DNA of 64,000 bases. Origin: Candidatus Saccharimonadota bacterium. GTDB lineage: Bacteria > Patescibacteriota > Saccharimonadia > Saccharimonadales > SLHW01. Under the pieces are notes generated by a model, which saw nothing but the letters and a program-made list of their open reading frames with translations, did no database searches and had not been told where the DNA came from. Numbering within the stretch: the first letter of the stretch is position 1; every line of letters begins with the position of its first letter. Both the position numbers and the translations under genes were made by a program. The stretch spans positions 371,071 through 435,070 of the forward strand of contig JBJHDA010000001.1 of NCBI GenBank assembly GCA_050486305.1, in the 5' to 3' direction. Of this stretch, positions 28,854-38,122 are shown piece by piece.

Positions 28854-29828
28854 CTACAGCGGGTCAATAGTGGCAGGCGGACGGGTATCAATGGAGCTCG
28901 TTAGAGATTCATAGGCAATCACGGCGTTATTACGCTCTGAAACAAGTGCATTATAGTTATCAATAAGGCTTCTCAACCTATTTACAGTCTGATTATAATT
29001 CCGGACACTTTCATTAAAATCACCAACGCTGTTGTTGTATTCTTCTGTTTCGTCATTTTCCAGTAAAACGTTCAGCCGAGCGCGCTCAGCCTCTAATGAG
29101 GCAGCTTGCCGATCGAGTTGCACTTGCAATGACTCGATGTCAGTCAACTGGCTTTTCAGTTGGTCATCGAGCTCTTGTACGCGTTGACGAGCAGCATCAA
29201 ACACAGCCGCATATTGTTCACTATACTCCACCACTTGTAATCGGTCTTCAAAATACTTTGCATAATATGCCTCAAGCTCTTCGCTAAGTTCACGAACCTC
29301 CGTTGGCAAAATCGAATGTAACTCATTGGCAACTATTGTGGGGTCACGCTGCCTGTAGGCCTCCATAGTCCGCTTTATTCGCTCGTCTCCGAGGGAGTCA
29401 AATACTTCGAGGTTTAGTGCGTCAATACGTTCTCGCTCAGCACTGCTTAATCGTTCGTATGCAACGTGGAGCATCTCATGGGCCGCAGTAACCTGACGGA
29501 TGCCGTGCAGCTGTTCATCAGTCACATCATAGATATAAATTCCCTGCCGGCTGGCATAGCACCCAAGAACAATTGATTTTTCTGCTACTGTGCACCGACT
29601 GCGAAATGTGTCGCTATCAAGCAGCTGCGGATCGTAGACATAAAAGTAACGTCTGCCCAAGTCTGTCATCGTCGTGTCGTCTGCCAGCTTCTGTATGTCA
29701 GCAGATGGCTCGTAATCCCTCAGGAGCCACCAATCAATGACATCATCCTGGCGGAGCACAAAAAACACACTGGCTGCAAATACGGCAAGTGACACTACTG
29801 TAACTAATACTGTCCCGATACGTTTCAT
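28854..29828 (-). CDS. hypothetical membrane-anchored protein with HExxH motif and C-terminal coiled coil
   Basis: N-terminal TM (VLVTVVSLAVFAASVFFVL), TAAHEMLHVAY, then about 110 aa heptad-like Q/E/L/N-rich region. No family recognised. Confidence 0.55.
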   Translation of the reverse strand: MKRIGTVLVTVVSLAVFAASVFFVLRQDDVIDWWLLRDYEPSADIQKLADDTTMTDLGRRYFYVYDPQLLDSDTFRSRCTVAEKSIVLGCYASRQGIYIYDVTDEQLHGIRQVTAAHEMLHVAYERLSSAERERIDALNLEVFDSLGDERIKRTMEAYRQRDPTIVANELHSILPTEVRELSEELEAYYAKYFEDRLQVVEYSEQYAAVFDAARQRVQELDDQLKSQLTDIESLQVQLDRQAASLEAERARLNVLLENDETEEYNNSVGDFNESVRNYNQTVNRLRSLIDNYNALVSERNNAVIAYESLTSSIDTRPPATIDPL

Positions 29829-29855
29829 CTCTGCTTGCTATAATACGCTATCTTG

Positions 29856-32369
29856 CTAGGTTTTTGATGCAGGCTGCTTGCTTTTTGATTCGGTTTTTAC
29901 CGAAAACACCGGCTCATCTTTCCGAGCACTCATATGAATGATGTCACCGCGGTGAGCAGAGCCCTCCAGCAATGCTACCGCGATATAGTCCTCTATCGTG
30001 TCAGCTAGTAATCGCCGCATCGGCCGTACCCCATTATGCGGGTCATACCCTTTCTCTAGTAAGTACTTCTTCGCAGACGGCGTCACTTTCAAACCAAGCC
30101 CGTGCTTTACCAGCCTTCCTTGCAGCTCTTGCAACTGTAGTTCAAGAATTTCCTGTACCCGCTGTTTGGTTAAAGCGCGAAACACTATTGTTTTATCAAT
30201 CCGGTTTAATAGCTCGGGGCGTAGCATCTTCTTCAGCTCATCGAGCGCTTTTTCTTTATTGCTGTCGTGCAGGTCATCCAGGCTCTCAAGGTCTTTAGCC
30301 GAACTTGCGCGGAAGCCAAGATTTACTTCTTTTTGCAACTTCTCAGCACCGAGGTTGCTCGTCATAATCACAATCGTATTTGTAAAGTCGATCTTACGCC
30401 CTTTGGCATCGGTGAGCACACCATCCTCTAATATCTGCAGCAGCATATTAAAGAAATCTGGGTGAGCCTTCTCGATCTCATCGAACAACACCAGGCTATA
30501 TGGCTGTCGCCGCACCTTATCTGTGAGCTGTCCGCCGTCGTCATAGCCGACAAAACCTGCAGGTGCTCCTACTAGACGTGCAGCAGTATGACGCTCTGCA
30601 AACTCACTCATGTCAATTTTTACAAGCGCCTCTTCTCCGCCAAAGAATTCACGGGCCAGCACCCGAGCAAGCTCGGTTTTCCCAACACCCGTAGGACCGA
30701 GAAATATAAACGACCCAATCGGACGCAAGTCAGTGCTAATGCCTGTCCGATTCCGGCGGATCGCCTTGGAAACAGCGGTAACCGCCTCATCTTGGCCGAT
30801 AATATGCTTGGACAGATTTTTCTCTAAATTAATAAGATAGTTTGCCTCAGATCGGATTACCTTTTTAACCGGAACACCGGTGATTCGGGCGACAACCTCC
30901 GCAACATCGTCACTTTTCAGCTTCAATTTTTTAGCAGCACTATGTTTCTTTTCTAGCTCGTGCAGCTTTTCCTGAATACGACTCGCATCTGTTTTAAAGC
31001 GGGCTGCTTTTTCATAGTTCTCGTTGTCTGCCGCTTCTTCCCGCTTCATATTGATAAGCCGTAACTCTTTGCGCAAACTGCGGACCTCTGGCGGCGTCTT
31101 TCCTTTATCAACCCGGATATGTGCAGCGGTCTCATCCAGAAGGTCAATTGCTTTATCAGGCATAAATCGGTCATTAATGTAGCGTTTTGCCAAATGAACC
31201 GTGTCGTGCACCAGCTCGTCCGTAATCTCGACATTATGATAGTTTTCATAATGCTCACGAAGTCCTTTTAATATGGCGATTGTTTCGCCGATGGTCGCCT
31301 CTGGAACTTGAATCGGCTGGAACCGCCGCTCCAGTGCAAGATCTTTTTCTATATGCTTGGTGTACTCTTGGGTCGTCGTAGCACCGATAACCTGGATTTT
31401 GCCGCGTGACAGCGCCGGTTTTAAGATGTTTCCGGCATCCATTGAGCCTTCAGCAGAGCCAGCACCTACAATCAGATGAAGTTCGTCTATAAACACGATT
31501 GTGCTTTTATCGTTCTCGAGCTCGTTCATCACCTTCTTTAGGCGCTCTTCGAACTCGCCTCGGTATTTTGTACCGGCAACCATTGCCGCTAAGTCAAGGG
31601 TCACGATTCGCTTATGAAGTAAGCTGTCCGGAACATCTTCATCAACGATCCGCTGTGCCAACCCTTCTGCGATGGCGGTCTTACCGACTCCCGGCTCACC
31701 GATCAGTACGGGGTTATTTTTTGTTCGGCGGTTCAGTACTGTAATAACTCGTCGAATCTGGTTTGCGCGGCCGACGACAGGGTCAAGCTTTTTCCGTCTG
31801 GCCTGATCCGTTATATCCATACTGAACGTGTCTAGTATCGTCTTCTTGCGTTTTTTCGTCCGGCGCGAATTGTTCGTTCCGTCGCCGTTTTCGTCACGCT
31901 CATACTGCTGCCGGTGCAAAAATTGCTCCAGCTCGGTTACAAGCGACTCTACGTCAATGCTCATATCCCGCAGCAATGTAGTTGCCCGCGCATTTTTTTG
32001 CGTCAGAATACTATAAAGAATATGCTCCGTACCGCAGTAATCCTGGTTGTAGTCCTGAGAAACTTCGTACGCCATACGGAGCGTCAGCTTGGCAGTCTCA
32101 CTTAAGCCTTTCGACCCCATATTTAATACGAGAGTTTTCGGTGTCAAGTTCAGCGCAGAACGTGCCCTGTCGAGCGTTACGCCCGCGTTCTCCAGCACCT
32201 TCGAGCCCATGCTGCTGCTTTGAGCCAACACGCCAAGCAATAAGTGTTCGGTTCCGACATAAGCACTGCCGAAACTTCTCGCAATAGCAGTGGCATGCTG
32301 CAGGCTGGCCTGCGCATTGTCCGTCAGGTGATTAATAAAATCTTGGAAATCAGATGAGTTAGGCATCAT
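29856..32369 (-). CDS. clpC: ATP-dependent Clp protease ATP-binding subunit ClpC
   Basis: 837 aa; two Clp_N repeats, AAA1 [12 protein letters not shown]-like linker, AAA2 [12 protein letters not shown]-terminal D2-small domain. Confidence 0.93.
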   Translation of the reverse strand: MMPNSSDFQDFINHLTDNAQASLQHATAIARSFGSAYVGTEHLLLGVLAQSSSMGSKVLENAGVTLDRARSALNLTPKTLVLNMGSKGLSETAKLTLRMAYEVSQDYNQDYCGTEHILYSILTQKNARATTLLRDMSIDVESLVTELEQFLHRQQYERDENGDGTNNSRRTKKRKKTILDTFSMDITDQARRKKLDPVVGRANQIRRVITVLNRRTKNNPVLIGEPGVGKTAIAEGLAQRIVDEDVPDSLLHKRIVTLDLAAMVAGTKYRGEFEERLKKVMNELENDKSTIVFIDELHLIVGAGSAEGSMDAGNILKPALSRGKIQVIGATTTQEYTKHIEKDLALERRFQPIQVPEATIGETIAILKGLREHYENYHNVEITDELVHDTVHLAKRYINDRFMPDKAIDLLDETAAHIRVDKGKTPPEVRSLRKELRLINMKREEAADNENYEKAARFKTDASRIQEKLHELEKKHSAAKKLKLKSDDVAEVVARITGVPVKKVIRSEANYLINLEKNLSKHIIGQDEAVTAVSKAIRRNRTGISTDLRPIGSFIFLGPTGVGKTELARVLAREFFGGEEALVKIDMSEFAERHTAARLVGAPAGFVGYDDGGQLTDKVRRQPYSLVLFDEIEKAHPDFFNMLLQILEDGVLTDAKGRKIDFTNTIVIMTSNLGAEKLQKEVNLGFRASSAKDLESLDDLHDSNKEKALDELKKMLRPELLNRIDKTIVFRALTKQRVQEILELQLQELQGRLVKHGLGLKVTPSAKKYLLEKGYDPHNGVRPMRRLLADTIEDYIAVALLEGSAHRGDIIHMSARKDEPVFSVKTESKSKQPASKT

Positions 32370-32450
32370 GGTACTGTATCAAACCCTCGCTTACATAGCT
32401 GTATAAAAACCCGCATATACAAGCTCTTATACGTACACCCATTATAGCAT

Positions 32451-32477
32451 TTAGCACTCTCAGTGCAAGAGTGCTAA
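32451..32477 (-). promoter_or_regulatory. perfect CIRCE element (TTAGCACTC-N9-GAGTGCTAA), HrcA operator type, upstream of clpC
   Basis: 18/18 match to the CIRCE consensus. The N9 spacer on the gene strand begins TTGCAC, with TATAAT (32446..32441) 16 nt downstream. Confidence 0.85.
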
Positions 32478-32505
32478 ATACAACGAGCCATACTTTCTTA
32501 TTTAT

Positions 32506-32534
32506 ATCATACCATGTTTGTGTGTTGGAGTCAA
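32506..32534 (-). promoter_or_regulatory. candidate clpC promoter upstream of CIRCE
   Basis: Gene-strand TTGACT (32534..32529), 17 nt, TATGAT (32511..32506). This puts CIRCE at roughly +22..+48 of the transcript, the classical position. Confidence 0.5.
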
Positions 32535-32577
32535 TAGCTCCTTACCATTCCGAGCCTACTGGCAAGAAGGGAGATAA

Positions 32578-33792
32578 CTATTCGCCGTGTTCTTCGATTG
32601 CCTCTAGGAGAGAGCTTTCGAGCTCTGATTTTTTCTTTAGCTTTTGAGTGGTTTTCTTCGATTCAGGCTTCTTCTCCTCGGCTGGCTCGGGCTTTTCTGC
32701 TTTTGCTGATGCCTCAGGAGCAGATGGCGCTGATTCGGATTCCTCATCAAGTTTTTCGGCCGAGACGATATCGATCTCATACCCAGTCAGCTTACTGGCG
32801 AGACGGACGTTCTGTCCGCTGCGGCCGATCGCAATACTGAGCTGATCTTCGTTAACGATAACCTTTGCTTTCTTTTGCTTTTCGAATAATTCTACTTCTT
32901 CGATCTTAGTTGGGCTGAGTGCATTCATGATGTACTCTTTTGGCTCTTCGGCCCATACGACAATATCGATCTTTTCTTGCTCACCGATTTCACTCATAAC
33001 GGCGTTGACGCGGGTCCCGTGCCCGCCAACAAATGTACCGACCGGATCAACTCCTTGTACATTACTCTTGACCGCTAGTTTTGTCCGGACACCGGCTTCA
33101 CGCGCAATATCTTTTATTTCAACGGCGCCGCCTTCCATCTCTGGCACCTCGTTCTGAAACAGCCACTGGACAAACTCGGTCGAGCCTCGGCTAACAACAA
33201 GCTGCGGTCCGCGGAAGCCGCGCTCTACATCTTTTAAGAAGACCTTGAGACGCTGACCGGGGTGATAGCGTTCACCTTGGATTTGCTCGCTGCGAGGCAT
33301 AATGCCTTGCGCCTTTCCGAGATCAACACGTACGATATTCCCTTCAACCCGTGATACGATCGCGTTAATCAACGTACCAATTTTGTCCTCGTACTCATTG
33401 AGGATTATCTCACGCTCAGCTTCGCGTAAACGCTGTAAAATTACCTGTTTAGCGGTTTGAGCTGCCACCCGACCGAAATCTTTCGGGTCCTCGTGTACTT
33501 CAATCTCATCTCCGATTTTCACGTCTTTCTTCATGGCTTGGGCATCTTTCAGGCTGATCTGCGAACGGTCGTGCTCGACTTTTTCGACGACTTCTTTCGT
33601 TGAATACACGTCAACATCTCCTGTGTTGAGGTTGAGCGTAACTCGAACTTCTTGTTCTCTGTCGCCATAATCACGACGATATGCCGCAGCCAGCGCTTGC
33701 TCAACAACCCCTTTTACAGCATCTTCATCTAGGTTTTTTTCTTCTGCAATAGCTCGAACTGCCGTCGCAATCTGTTTAAAGTCAAAATCCAT
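32578..33792 (-). CDS. nusA: transcription termination/antitermination factor NusA
   Basis: 404 aa; N-terminal RNAP-binding domain, S1, KH1/KH2 (GRSGQNVRLASKLTGYEIDI), acidic/Lys tail. AAAGGAG upstream. Confidence 0.93.
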   Translation of the reverse strand: MDFDFKQIATAVRAIAEEKNLDEDAVKGVVEQALAAAYRRDYGDREQEVRVTLNLNTGDVDVYSTKEVVEKVEHDRSQISLKDAQAMKKDVKIGDEIEVHEDPKDFGRVAAQTAKQVILQRLREAEREIILNEYEDKIGTLINAIVSRVEGNIVRVDLGKAQGIMPRSEQIQGERYHPGQRLKVFLKDVERGFRGPQLVVSRGSTEFVQWLFQNEVPEMEGGAVEIKDIAREAGVRTKLAVKSNVQGVDPVGTFVGGHGTRVNAVMSEIGEQEKIDIVVWAEEPKEYIMNALSPTKIEEVELFEKQKKAKVIVNEDQLSIAIGRSGQNVRLASKLTGYEIDIVSAEKLDEESESAPSAPEASAKAEKPEPAEEKKPESKKTTQKLKKKSELESSLLEAIEEHGE

Positions 33793-33829
33793 TTCTCACT
33801 TCTCCTTTACAATAATCTGATATGAAACG

Positions 33830-33859
33830 AAAAAATCCGACCTGAGTGGATGGCCGGAT
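33830..33859 (-). terminator. intrinsic terminator hairpin in the nusA leader (attenuator candidate)
   Basis: Gene strand ATCCGGCC-atccactca-GGTCGGAT (8 bp, one G-U) followed by TTTTTT; lies between the promoter candidate and the nusA SD. Confidence 0.55.
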
Positions 33860-33870
33860 GCTCAAGTATT

Positions 33871-33899
33871 ATAATACTCCAGTCCAGCAGAACAGTCAA
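33871..33899 (-). promoter_or_regulatory. candidate nusA promoter
   Basis: Gene-strand TTGACT (33899..33894), 17 nt, TATTAT (33876..33871). Confidence 0.45.
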
Positions 33900-33966
33900 A
33901 CGTTAGTCATGATAGGAATCGCACCAGGTGGATGCGAAATGCACGGCAATGCTACAATTGTCTGGT

Positions 33967-36603
33967 ATGGGAAAAACCGTTAAACAACTAGTGACGTATT
34001 TTCATCCGTCACACTACGACTTACAGCTTGATCTCGACAAAAATAAAATGAGCCTTAATGGCGAGGTAACGATTACCGGCAATAAGGTGGGTCGGCCAAC
34101 CAAACGGCTTACATTCCACCAAAAAGACCTCGAGATTACTGAAGCACGGATTATCAAGCATGATAGGCACGGCGAAAAAACAATTGAACCGCTGCGTCTA
34201 GTTCACCATAAGTCTTACGATGAGATTCGTATCCATGTCGACGAGTTGCTGTATCCGGGCAAATACACGGTAACATTATTTTTCCGGGGAGCAATCACCG
34301 TACCGATGAATGGTGTGTACCCCTGTAACTTTACGCATAATGGCAAAAAGAAACAGTTATTAGCGACGCAGTTTGAAAGCCACCACGCAAGAGAAGTTTT
34401 TCCCTGTATTGATGAACCCGCCGCCAAAGCTACGTTTACATTAACCACAAAGACGGCGGCCGGAGCCGGAGAAACCGTCATATCAAATACGCCGATAGCC
34501 TCACAAAGCACAGTCGACGATAAGCTCTTAACGACATTCGAAAAAACTCCGGTAATGAGCACCTACCTCCTTGCTTTTGTAGTTGGTGAGCTTGACTTTA
34601 AAGAAATCAAGACGAATACCGGTGTCACTATAAGGACTTACGCAACACCTGACAATGTGGCGTATGTCGACTTTTCACTTGAAGTTGCAAAAGCTTGCCT
34701 TGAGTTTTACGACGAATATTTCGGCATCCCCTATCCACTCGAAAAGTGTGACATGGTGGCATTGCCCGACTTTGCCAGCGGCGCCATGGAGAACTGGGGC
34801 TGTATTACGTACCGAGAGCAAACACTCTTGGTCGATCCGGAACACTCGACACTTTCAACAAAGCAGTACGTTGCCATGGTTATCGCTCATGAACTAGCCC
34901 ACCAATGGTTTGGAAACCTCGTCACAATGAAGTGGTGGACTGATTTATGGCTAAACGAAGGTTTTGCAAGCTGGATAGAGTACCTGGCTGTTGATGCACA
35001 ATTTCCCGACTGGAACATGTGGACGCAGTTTATTGCAACTGAGCAACAGCAAGCGCTTCGTCTCGATACACTGATTCATACTCATCCGGTAGAAGTTCCG
35101 GTTAATCATCCTGACGAAATCAGGACTATCTTTGATGCAATTAGCTACAGTAAAGGAGCTAGCGTCATACACATGCTGCACGACTATCTCGGGGCAGAAG
35201 ATTTTAAAGCCGGACTTCGCCACTACCTGACGAGGCACGCTTATGGCAACACCGAAACAAATGATTTGTGGAGGGCGCTTGAGGAGGCGAGCGGAAAACC
35301 GGTTCGGTCGTTTATGCAAGACTGGACGGGTCAATCTGGCTTTCCGCTCATTAAGGCAGAAGTTGACGATACGAACGTAACACTTACGCAAAAACGCTTT
35401 ACGACCGATCCAGCGGTGAGCCTTTCAAGTAACCTTACATGGCCGGTACCGCTACTGATTGACGAGCTAGACTCTCCGCAGCTGCTTGAAACGAAAAACG
35501 TAACGTTAAAATACTCTGCTGATAATCCGCTCAAACTCAACGGCTCTCAAAGCGGATTTTACCGCACGACATATAACGCTTCGCATATGGAAAGACTCGG
35601 ACAGTTCATAAAAAAGGGTCGATTACCCGCCTTAGATCGTATCGGCATCGTCAGTGACACACTAGAAAGCGCCAAATACGGTTACTCTGATACCGTCGAA
35701 GCTGTGGCGTTTCTAGATTATTACGCCGATGAAAACGATTATGCTGTTTGGGAAGTTATCAGCAGTTGGCTCGGCTCACTGAAGCTTGTTATGAATGATG
35801 AGGAATTACGTGATGATATCAAGCCGTTTGTACGATCCCTCATAGCAAAGCAACTTGATCGGCTAGGCTGGGAGCAAAAAACAGATGATACCTACTTTGA
35901 CAAGCTACTACGACCGATTATTATCAGCATGGCTGCTGGAGCTGATGAGCCATGGATTGTTGACAAGTGCCTAACACTATTTGACGCGATTCACGATACA
36001 GATGAAGTCCGCGCTGATTTGCGATCTACAGCACCAGTAAAAGAAGTGAAAAGGGGCCTGGTTCACCCGGACTTACGCGGCGCTGTTTTCGGCACTGTCG
36101 CCAGACGACGCAATGACCAAGAGACATTTGATAAGCTTGTGCACCTTCATAACACTTCGCATTTGAGCGAAGAAAAAACAACTCTTGCTGCTGCTTTGAC
36201 AGCTTTCCAAAAACCAGAGCTAATCGACCAAAGCTTACAGATGATTGCCTCCTCGGACGTGAGGCTACAAGATACTTCGTATTGGATCGCTTACAGCTTC
36301 CTCAATCGTCATGCAAAAGAACAGACTTGGGAATGGATGAAAGCGAACTGGCAATGGCTTGAGAATAATCTCGGGAGCGACTTAAGTTTTTACCGAATGC
36401 CGCTCTATGCTGCTCGGGCGTTTAGCACTGAAGCTTTTACGGAGGAGTTCCAAGCGTTCTTTAAGCCGCGGTTGAAGCCTGGCCTAGAACGGCCGTACAA
36501 GCAAGGACTGGAGATGCTAGCCTGGCAAGCCCGATGGCGCACTGCAAGCCTTAAAACCATAAAGCAATATTTTACTGCCAAATATCATCAATCAGCCGAA
36601 TAG
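33967..36603 (+). CDS. pepN: aminopeptidase N (M1 family zinc metallopeptidase)
   Basis: GAMENWG exopeptidase motif and HELAHQWFGNLVTMKWWTDLWLNEGFA (HExxH-X18-E). Start set to ATG 33967 (TACAAT 8 nt upstream, no SD); an in-frame GTG at 33928 is possible. Confidence 0.9.
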   Translation: MGKTVKQLVTYFHPSHYDLQLDLDKNKMSLNGEVTITGNKVGRPTKRLTFHQKDLEITEARIIKHDRHGEKTIEPLRLVHHKSYDEIRIHVDELLYPGKYTVTLFFRGAITVPMNGVYPCNFTHNGKKKQLLATQFESHHAREVFPCIDEPAAKATFTLTTKTAAGAGETVISNTPIASQSTVDDKLLTTFEKTPVMSTYLLAFVVGELDFKEIKTNTGVTIRTYATPDNVAYVDFSLEVAKACLEFYDEYFGIPYPLEKCDMVALPDFASGAMENWGCITYREQTLLVDPEHSTLSTKQYVAMVIAHELAHQWFGNLVTMKWWTDLWLNEGFASWIEYLAVDAQFPDWNMWTQFIATEQQQALRLDTLIHTHPVEVPVNHPDEIRTIFDAISYSKGASVIHMLHDYLGAEDFKAGLRHYLTRHAYGNTETNDLWRALEEASGKPVRSFMQDWTGQSGFPLIKAEVDDTNVTLTQKRFTTDPAVSLSSNLTWPVPLLIDELDSPQLLETKNVTLKYSADNPLKLNGSQSGFYRTTYNASHMERLGQFIKKGRLPALDRIGIVSDTLESAKYGYSDTVEAVAFLDYYADENDYAVWEVISSWLGSLKLVMNDEELRDDIKPFVRSLIAKQLDRLGWEQKTDDTYFDKLLRPIIISMAAGADEPWIVDKCLTLFDAIHDTDEVRADLRSTAPVKEVKRGLVHPDLRGAVFGTVARRRNDQETFDKLVHLHNTSHLSEEKTTLAAALTAFQKPELIDQSLQMIASSDVRLQDTSYWIAYSFLNRHAKEQTWEWMKANWQWLENNLGSDLSFYRMPLYAARAFSTEAFTEEFQAFFKPRLKPGLERPYKQGLEMLAWQARWRTASLKTIKQYFTAKYHQSAE

Positions 36604-36925
36604 TGTCACCGTCGACAGACACGACAAGTAGTTGATAGTTTCCACTATAATTATTTTCGCTGACCCAACATTCGGCGGCATACGTCATCTGTTTTAATTT
36701 TGCTGGTGTAACATACTCGTAGCCCTTGCCATGCTTTTCAGACGATCGAAATTTCACTTCGACGAAATGCAAACATCGTTTTCGCTTAGCGATAATATCG
36801 ATCTCATACCGCGGTGTTTTGTAATTTTTATGAATAATCTTATATTTCTTCTTGCGTAAAAACTCTGCGGCACGCTCCTCGCCGTGGCTTCCATGATCTT
36901 GCGATACTGAGCGCGGCGTCAGCAA
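36572..36925 (-). CDS. YraN family (UPF0102) endonuclease-like protein
   Basis: GEERAAEFLRKKKYKIIHKNYKTPRYEIDIIA...HFVEVKFR matches the YraN pattern. Start set to in-frame TTG 36925 (AAGGGG 7 nt upstream), just after the rnhB stop. The 3' end overlaps convergent pepN by 32 nt. Confidence 0.7.
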   Translation of the reverse strand: MLTPRSVSQDHGSHGEERAAEFLRKKKYKIIHKNYKTPRYEIDIIAKRKRCLHFVEVKFRSSEKHGKGYEYVTPAKLKQMTYAAECWVSENNYSGNYQLLVVSVDGDTIRLIDDIWQ

Positions 36926-36929
36926 AACA

Positions 36930-37493
36930 TCACCCCTTTGCCTCTGCGAAAGCTTGAACGGGGCGGTACGAGCGCCGATGTAGCACTGAAACGCCAAGTT
37001 CAGCCAGAGCGGCTCGGTGCATTTTTGTCCCATAGCCGACATGCCGCTCAAATCCGTAGCCAGGATGCACTACTGCCTGTTCTTTCATGTAGGCGTCACG
37101 GGCGACCTTCGCGATAATGCTCGCTGCACTAACACTCGGAATGGTCGCATCAGCATTTATGACAGTGCGGACGTTGGGCCATTCTTTGAGGAAATTAACA
37201 TTGCCATCAATAACAATTTCGGAAGACCGCGGAATATCAATTACTTCTAAAGCTCGACGGATGGCCAGGCCAACCGATTGGGTTAAGCCGAGCTGGTCAA
37301 TCTCGTGCGGAGAAACCCAACCGAGAGAGTGTGTAGCAGTTCGAGTAATCAGCGTAGAGAAAGCTTCGCGTTGCTTTGTTGAGAGTTTCTTAGAATCATT
37401 CAAGCCTTGGATGTCGTCATGCAGTCCGACAACCCCGACAACCAGTGGCCCAGCCCAGCAACCTCGCCCGACTTCATCAATTCCGAAAATCAT
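36930..37493 (-). CDS. rnhB: ribonuclease HII
   Basis: MIFGIDEVGRGCWAGPLV (DEVGRG catalytic motif), DSKKLS. Start ATG 37493 (TACTAT 6 nt upstream); ATG 37499 and 37514 are alternatives. Confidence 0.9.
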   Translation of the reverse strand: MIFGIDEVGRGCWAGPLVVGVVGLHDDIQGLNDSKKLSTKQREAFSTLITRTATHSLGWVSPHEIDQLGLTQSVGLAIRRALEVIDIPRSSEIVIDGNVNFLKEWPNVRTVINADATIPSVSAASIIAKVARDAYMKEQAVVHPGYGFERHVGYGTKMHRAALAELGVSVLHRRSYRPVQAFAEAKG

Positions 37494-37515
37494 AACCATA
37501 TAGTAACAAAGCATT

Positions 37516-37549
37516 AAAAAAACCTGCAGCGCTTATCGTTGCAGGTTTT
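37516..37549 (-). terminator. rho-independent terminator downstream of rplS
   Basis: AACCTGCA/TGCAGGTT stem (37521..37528 / 37540..37547), 11-nt loop, followed on the gene strand by 7 T; 15 nt after the rplS stop. Confidence 0.8.
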
Positions 37550-37563
37550 AACAAATACTAGAA

Positions 37564-38022
37564 TTATTTATCTGATTTATCGGATGTCGCCTCGGATGCG
37601 TTTTCAGTTTCCGCTTGCTCCGCCTCAGTTGCGGTTGGCTCTGCTTCATTTGCTTTGTTAGTTGCTTCGCGATCGAATGAAACGCTACTTAGACGGGCTG
37701 ATTTACCTGTACGTTCACGCATGTAGCTAAGGTAGTTGCGTCGTACTTTGCTGCGCTTTACCACCTCGACTTTCTCGACGAGCGGACTATGCAACAAAAA
37801 GCTTTTTTCAACACCGACGCCACCGGAGACTCGGCGTACGGTAATGCGGCTAGACAAACTGTTCTTTCTGTCGGTACGTATAACAAGCCCTTGAAAAACC
37901 TGGATCCGTTCTTTGCTGCCTTCTTGAATTTTCTGGTGGACGCGGACAGTATCGCCAGATCGGACATCTACCACGTTGGGCTTTTTTAATTTATCTTGTA
38001 TTTTCTGAGTGACTGATTGCAT
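37564..38022 (-). CDS. rplS: 50S ribosomal protein L19 (bL19) with acidic C-terminal extension
   Basis: RSGDTVRVHQKIQEGSKERIQVFQGLVI...RITVRRVSGGVGVEKSF; TAGGAT 9 nt upstream of the ATG, no SD. Confidence 0.95.
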   Translation of the reverse strand: MQSVTQKIQDKLKKPNVVDVRSGDTVRVHQKIQEGSKERIQVFQGLVIRTDRKNSLSSRITVRRVSGGVGVEKSFLLHSPLVEKVEVVKRSKVRRNYLSYMRERTGKSARLSSVSFDREATNKANEAEPTATEAEQAETENASEATSDKSDK

Positions 38023-38122
38023 AACGTGAATATCCTACACAACAAACTGTTCCGCGTCAAGAGAAAAGTGAGGGCAAGGCATAATAATAGAACGAATCTC
38101 AACAATCACGAAGTTGCGTCAC

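Noticed and set aside
29972-30465. 108-aa and 155-aa plus-strand ORFs antisense to clpC
   Set aside because: These are shadow ORFs inside the clpC coding region. They are Ser/Leu/Arg-rich with no independent start signals.
34215-35540. 115-, 146- and 69-aa minus-strand ORFs antisense to pepN
   Set aside because: They are contained within a strongly supported M1 aminopeptidase gene, and no motif or start context supports them.
36572-36603. 32-nt convergent overlap of pepN and yraN (and the 4-nt overlap at 60019..60022) as a regulatory antisense arrangement
   Set aside because: Short 3' end overlaps are common in compact genomes. Nothing else in the sequence suggests function.
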